Source: an uncultured Flavobacteriaceae bacterium (lineage in GTDB: Bacteria > Bacteroidota > Bacteroidia > Flavobacteriales > Flavobacteriaceae). From it: a stretch of 64,000 bases of DNA. Below the pieces are notes generated by a model. That model was not told the origin of the DNA and ran no database searches. It was given only the letters and a program-made list of their open reading frames with translations. Made by a program: the position numbers and the translations under genes. The stretch spans positions 618,906-682,905 of the forward strand of contig CANNAC010000001.1 in assembly GCA_947502495.1 (NCBI GenBank). The letters run 5' to 3'. Shown here piece by piece: positions 60,185 to 64,000 of this stretch (the first letter of the stretch is position 1; each line of letters starts with the position of its first letter).

Positions 60185-61066
60185 TTGATGCAAAAAGACA
60201 TTCCACATATTGTATTTGATTCCAAAAAACCAGATAATAATGGCATTGAAATATTAACAATTGAAAGTCTTTCTGTTCGAAAAAATAAAATAGCGCATAA
60301 TCCAGAAAAAGCACATCAATTGGCTTTTAATATGATTGTGTTTTATACCGAAGGAAAAAGTAAGCAGTTAGTAGATTTTGTATGGCATGAAGTAAAACCC
60401 AATACTATTATTCACTTATCTAAAGGACAAATTAATGCCTTTCAGTTTCATGAAGATTTAAAAGGGTATATCCTTTTGTTTACCGATGATTATTTAAAAA
60501 AACAGATTAATTCGTTACCTAAAAACGAGCTAATCCGATTGTTTAATGCACACTTATTTTCACCAATAATTCAGGTTCCTAAAGATTCTAATGTATCCAA
60601 ATATCTGCAATTATTTCATGAAGAATATGCTAATATCGAGGAAGATTACAATCCAGAAAACACCTATAATTCCTTGTATTCTATTATCTTTTCAAAATTA
60701 GAACGCTTAAAGCAGTACCAAACATTTCATCTAAAAACTTCCGATAAAATAAATACATTTTTAGCATTTAAATCGCTTTTGGAAAACTACTATACCCAAA
60801 GCAGGAATGCAGATTTTTATGCAGAGAAATTAAACATCACGTATAAACATCTAAACACCATTTGTAAGGAGACCCTTGCTATTACTGCCAAACAATTTAT
60901 TGATGCCTTTGTCGTGCTTGAAGCAAAACGCTTGCTAATCAATTCGGAAATAAAAAGTACAGAATTAGCCTATTCTTTAGGTTTTGAAGAACCAACTAAT
61001 TTTGTGAAATACTTCAAAAAGCATACAGGATTTACGCCAAACTCATTCAAAAAAGATTATCTCTAG
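60185..61066 (+). CDS. AraC-family transcriptional regulator
   Basis: FYAEKLNITYKHLN, ELAYSLGFEEPTNFVKYFKKHTG. Confidence 0.92.
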   Translation: MMQKDIPHIVFDSKKPDNNGIEILTIESLSVRKNKIAHNPEKAHQLAFNMIVFYTEGKSKQLVDFVWHEVKPNTIIHLSKGQINAFQFHEDLKGYILLFTDDYLKKQINSLPKNELIRLFNAHLFSPIIQVPKDSNVSKYLQLFHEEYANIEEDYNPENTYNSLYSIIFSKLERLKQYQTFHLKTSDKINTFLAFKSLLENYYTQSRNADFYAEKLNITYKHLNTICKETLAITAKQFIDAFVVLEAKRLLINSEIKSTELAYSLGFEEPTNFVKYFKKHTGFTPNSFKKDYL

Positions 61067-61144
61067 TTCTTTAGGTTCGATATTTACCGTTTTTGCGACT
61101 GTATTCACCTTTAATAAGTTCTAAAGTAATTCGAACTTTGTGTT

Positions 61145-61873
61145 ATGAGTTTAATAGAAAATATATTAAAAAAAGTAGTATTGCAAGACGCTATTATTAC
61201 TAGAAAAGAACAACTAACAGCTTCGGTTTATAAAATCACACTTCAAAGCGAAAGCATTAAAACAGCTAGCTTTCAACCTGGATACTTTTTACGCTTAGGC
61301 ATTGTTATTGGTAACGATGATGTCTCGTTTAAAGACAAAGTTAGAAGTTATAGTATTTGGGATATTAATCAAAATAAAGGCTATTTAGATTTAGCTATAG
61401 CTACAGATAGTAATGGTATTGGTTCGCAATGGGTTAAAAATTGTGAAGTAGGGGAAACGGTTTATTTTAAATGGAAAAAAGGGAATTTCCTATTAGACGA
61501 TACGGCAGATAGTTATTTAATGATTGGGGATTTATGCGCCTTATCGCATTTATATATTTTAAACCGAAATTTGTCAAGTAGCAAACAAGTAGAAAGTATT
61601 GTATATAGCTCAGATTTAAGCGATTTATTTAAAGATATAGATAATTCGAAACCTTTTGACTTTTATAGTGTAAAAGAAAATGCTATTGCAGAAATCTTCC
61701 ATTTATTACCTGAAAAAATAGCGAAACTTAAAGGGAATACAATCGTTTATATCGCGGGTGATAGTCGTGTTTGTGTCGCTTTAAATCATTATTTCCGGAT
61801 GGAGTTAAACTGGAATACTAAACAAATTAAAACCAAACCATTTTGGAATCCGGACAAAAAAGGATTAGAATAA
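61145..61873 (+). CDS. Siderophore-interacting-protein-like FAD-binding oxidoreductase
   Basis: FQPG, VRSYSIW, IGDLCAL, YIAGD, PFW C-terminus. Confidence 0.8.
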   Translation: MSLIENILKKVVLQDAIITRKEQLTASVYKITLQSESIKTASFQPGYFLRLGIVIGNDDVSFKDKVRSYSIWDINQNKGYLDLAIATDSNGIGSQWVKNCEVGETVYFKWKKGNFLLDDTADSYLMIGDLCALSHLYILNRNLSSSKQVESIVYSSDLSDLFKDIDNSKPFDFYSVKENAIAEIFHLLPEKIAKLKGNTIVYIAGDSRVCVALNHYFRMELNWNTKQIKTKPFWNPDKKGLE

Positions 61874-61998
61874 GTAATAATGAAATGTCGGCTAATATTT
61901 ACCATTTTCGTAAAGCTATTAGTCATAGTTAAATTGGATAAATAGTAGGCTTTTAAGATATAAATAAAACCCAGTATTCATTATAAAAATAATATGAT

Positions 61999-62853
61999 AT
62001 GAAAATAGCAGTAACATCAGCAAGTGGTAAATTAGGAGCTTCTATAGTGAAACACCTGATTAATTTAATAGGTAAAGAAAATGTGATAGGAATTGCTCGT
62101 ACACCAGAAAAAGCAGCGCATTTAGGAGTGGAAATTAGAAAAGGAGATTATAATAGTAGAGAACAGTTGAATACTGCATTACATGGAGTGGATGCTGTTT
62201 TATTAGTCTCTGGAATGGATGCGCCAGATAAAAGAATTGTGCAACATAAAAATGTTATTGAAGCTGCAAAACAAAATGGTGTTCAAAAAATAGTGTATAC
62301 CAGTATTGTTGGTGCAGAAAAAGACAATGCATTTAGTCCTATTGTACAAACCAATAGACAAACAGAAAAAGATATTCAAAACTCAGGACTAGATTGGAGT
62401 ATTGGAAGAAACGGGATTTATATTGAACCAGATTTAGAGTACATAGACACTTATGTAAAAGAAGGGGAAATAAGAAATTGTGCGGGAGATGGAAAATGTA
62501 CATACACAAGCCGTGAAGAATTGGCTTTTGCGTATGCAAAAATGCTAACAGAAGACAAACACAATAGGAAGATTTACAACCTTGTTGGGGAGGCAATTAC
62601 ACAAAGTCAATTAGCAGATTATATCAATCAAGTGTATCACACGAATTTAGAGTATACATCGGTGTCTGTGGCTGCTTATGCTAAAGAAAGAACAGCTGCT
62701 TTAGGGGATTTTATGGGAACTATAATTGCTGGAATTTATGAGGGTATTAAAAACGGAGCTAATAATGTGGATTCCGATTTTGAAACCGCAACAGGTAGAC
62801 CGCATAAATCGCCCATTGAAATGATGAACGTTTTTAAAAACGAACAAGAGTAG
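61999..62853 (+). CDS. NmrA/YtfG-like atypical SDR quinone oxidoreductase
   Basis: SASGKLG, RKGDY, LLVSG, IVYTS, RNGIY. Confidence 0.88.
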   Translation: MKIAVTSASGKLGASIVKHLINLIGKENVIGIARTPEKAAHLGVEIRKGDYNSREQLNTALHGVDAVLLVSGMDAPDKRIVQHKNVIEAAKQNGVQKIVYTSIVGAEKDNAFSPIVQTNRQTEKDIQNSGLDWSIGRNGIYIEPDLEYIDTYVKEGEIRNCAGDGKCTYTSREELAFAYAKMLTEDKHNRKIYNLVGEAITQSQLADYINQVYHTNLEYTSVSVAAYAKERTAALGDFMGTIIAGIYEGIKNGANNVDSDFETATGRPHKSPIEMMNVFKNEQE

Positions 62854-62992
62854 TCTTAAAACGTTTCTTGTGATATTTGAAAATGGTTCGATATTTACCA
62901 TTATTGCAACCATTTTCACCTTTAGTAAAGCGTATTGCTATAGTAATTTTGACCTTAGAATATAACGAACAAAAAAAAACTAAAAACAATAC

Positions 62993-63871
62993 ATGAAACA
63001 AACACTTTTAGCAGCAACACTAGTTGTAACATTAGCAGCTTGCAAATCGGAAAAAGGATTAGAAAAGGAATCACAAATAACAAAAGAAACTAAAATGGAA
63101 GTATCTATTAAAGAAAAAACCTTGGCCGTTTTAAAAAGTATTGAAACGGGCGATCCCCAAGGAATCAGTTATATTAATGCAACAAATTACAAACAACATA
63201 ATCTTGCTGTAGCAGATGGTTTAGATGGTTTTGGAGCTTTGTTGGCATTGGCGCCAGAAGATGGTTTTAAAGCACATACAGTACGTGCATTTGAAGATGG
63301 AGATTACGGATTTACACAAACGGAATACGATTTTTTCGGACCAAAAATTGGTTTTGATGTATTCCGTTTTGAAAACGGACAAGTGGTAGAACATTGGGAT
63401 AATTTAATCGAAAAATCTACTCCTAATCCAAGTGGTCACACGCAAACAGATGGCGCAACAACCGTTACGGATTTAGACAAAACGGAAGCAAATAAAACAC
63501 TAGTTTCTAATTTTGTAAACGACATTTTAGTACATGGTAAAATGGATAAAATTTCAAATTACTTTAATGGGGACAATTACATACAACACAACCCAAATAT
63601 TGCAGATGGTTTATCTGGCTTAGGTCAAGCTTTAGAGGCTATGGCAAAACAAGGTGTTAGCATGGAATTGGAAACCGTGCACAAAGTATTAGGTCAAGGT
63701 AATTTTGTGCTAACAATAAGCGAAGGTACATTTGCAGGACAACCAACTTCTTATTATGATTTATTTAGAGTAGAAGCTGGTAAAATAGCAGAACATTGGG
63801 ATGTTATGGAAACTATTGCACCAGAGGCAGATAGAAAAAATACTAACGGAAAGTTTAATTTTCCAAAATAA
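62993..63871 (+). CDS. Lipoprotein with tandem SnoaL/NTF2-like domains
   Basis: Lipobox LAA-C; two copies of YxQHN..ADG and DxFRxE.G..xEHWD. Confidence 0.88.
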   Translation: MKQTLLAATLVVTLAACKSEKGLEKESQITKETKMEVSIKEKTLAVLKSIETGDPQGISYINATNYKQHNLAVADGLDGFGALLALAPEDGFKAHTVRAFEDGDYGFTQTEYDFFGPKIGFDVFRFENGQVVEHWDNLIEKSTPNPSGHTQTDGATTVTDLDKTEANKTLVSNFVNDILVHGKMDKISNYFNGDNYIQHNPNIADGLSGLGQALEAMAKQGVSMELETVHKVLGQGNFVLTISEGTFAGQPTSYYDLFRVEAGKIAEHWDVMETIAPEADRKNTNGKFNFPK

Positions 63872-63877
63872 ATTCTA

Positions 63878-64000
63878 ATGAAATATATTCTTATAATTCT
63901 TACTAGTTTAACGATGTTAAGCTTCGGAAAAAAGGAAAAAGAAAACAATTCTTATATCATAGAAATTACCACCTTTAAAATAAAATCTACAGTAAATTCG
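63878..64000 (+). CDS. Secreted hypothetical protein, 3'-truncated by window edge
   Basis: Open frame MKYILIILTSLTMLSFGKKEKENNSYIIEITTFKIKSTVNS to the end of the window. Confidence 0.6.
   Translation, partial: MKYILIILTSLTMLSFGKKEKENNSYIIEITTFKIKSTVNS

Noticed and set aside
842-63948. Numerous short antisense or overlapping ORFs in the track (e.g. 842-1096, 3046-3399, 14046-14684, 23644-24021, 27857-28246, 55622-55837)
   Set aside because: They lie within well-supported genes, show mirror-frame composition and have no recognisable motifs
1-64000. tRNA, rRNA, prophage, integrase or IS elements
   Set aside because: None recognised by eye; intergenic gaps are short and explained by terminators, promoters or REP-like repeats (tRNAscan-SE and Infernal not run)

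Overview
AT-rich bacterial chromosome segment from a Flavobacteriaceae (Bacteroidota) genome, judged from the lpxA-efp-lpxD-sucD-fabG synteny, TAnnTTTG promoter elements and a T9SS C-terminal sorting domain. Layout: (1) 1-8 kb core genes; (2) 8-15.4 kb complete his operon with an unannotated His-rich leader peptide/attenuator and palindromic repeats at most gene junctions; (3) 15.5-35.5 kb housekeeping and stress genes, including a dps-mscS-DUF1328-lipoprotein islet; (4) 35.5-42.9 kb an extracytoplasmic module: ECF sigma, putative anti-sigma, Spy/CpxP-like protein, EF-hand proteins, truncated CotH kinase, two YHYH lipoproteins, MORN-repeat lipoprotein and SCO. Four transcription units of this module are preceded by the same bipartite motif RCRCAAGT-N15-CATCTWAA, the best candidate here for an undescribed system (an ECF regulon, possibly for metal/Ca handling at the cell surface); (5) 43-46.7 kb a lipoprotein fusing a metallophosphoesterase, an atypical kinase-like domain and an outer-membrane beta-barrel; (6) 46.7-64 kb a redox/electrophile-detoxification-type accessory region with a visible HxlR operator. 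No rRNA, tRNA, CRISPR array, integrase or transposase was recognised. The supplied ORF track mislabels the strand of at least two ORFs (20918..22108 is on minus; 30609..30902 is on plus). All family assignments are from motif recognition by eye, not database searches.
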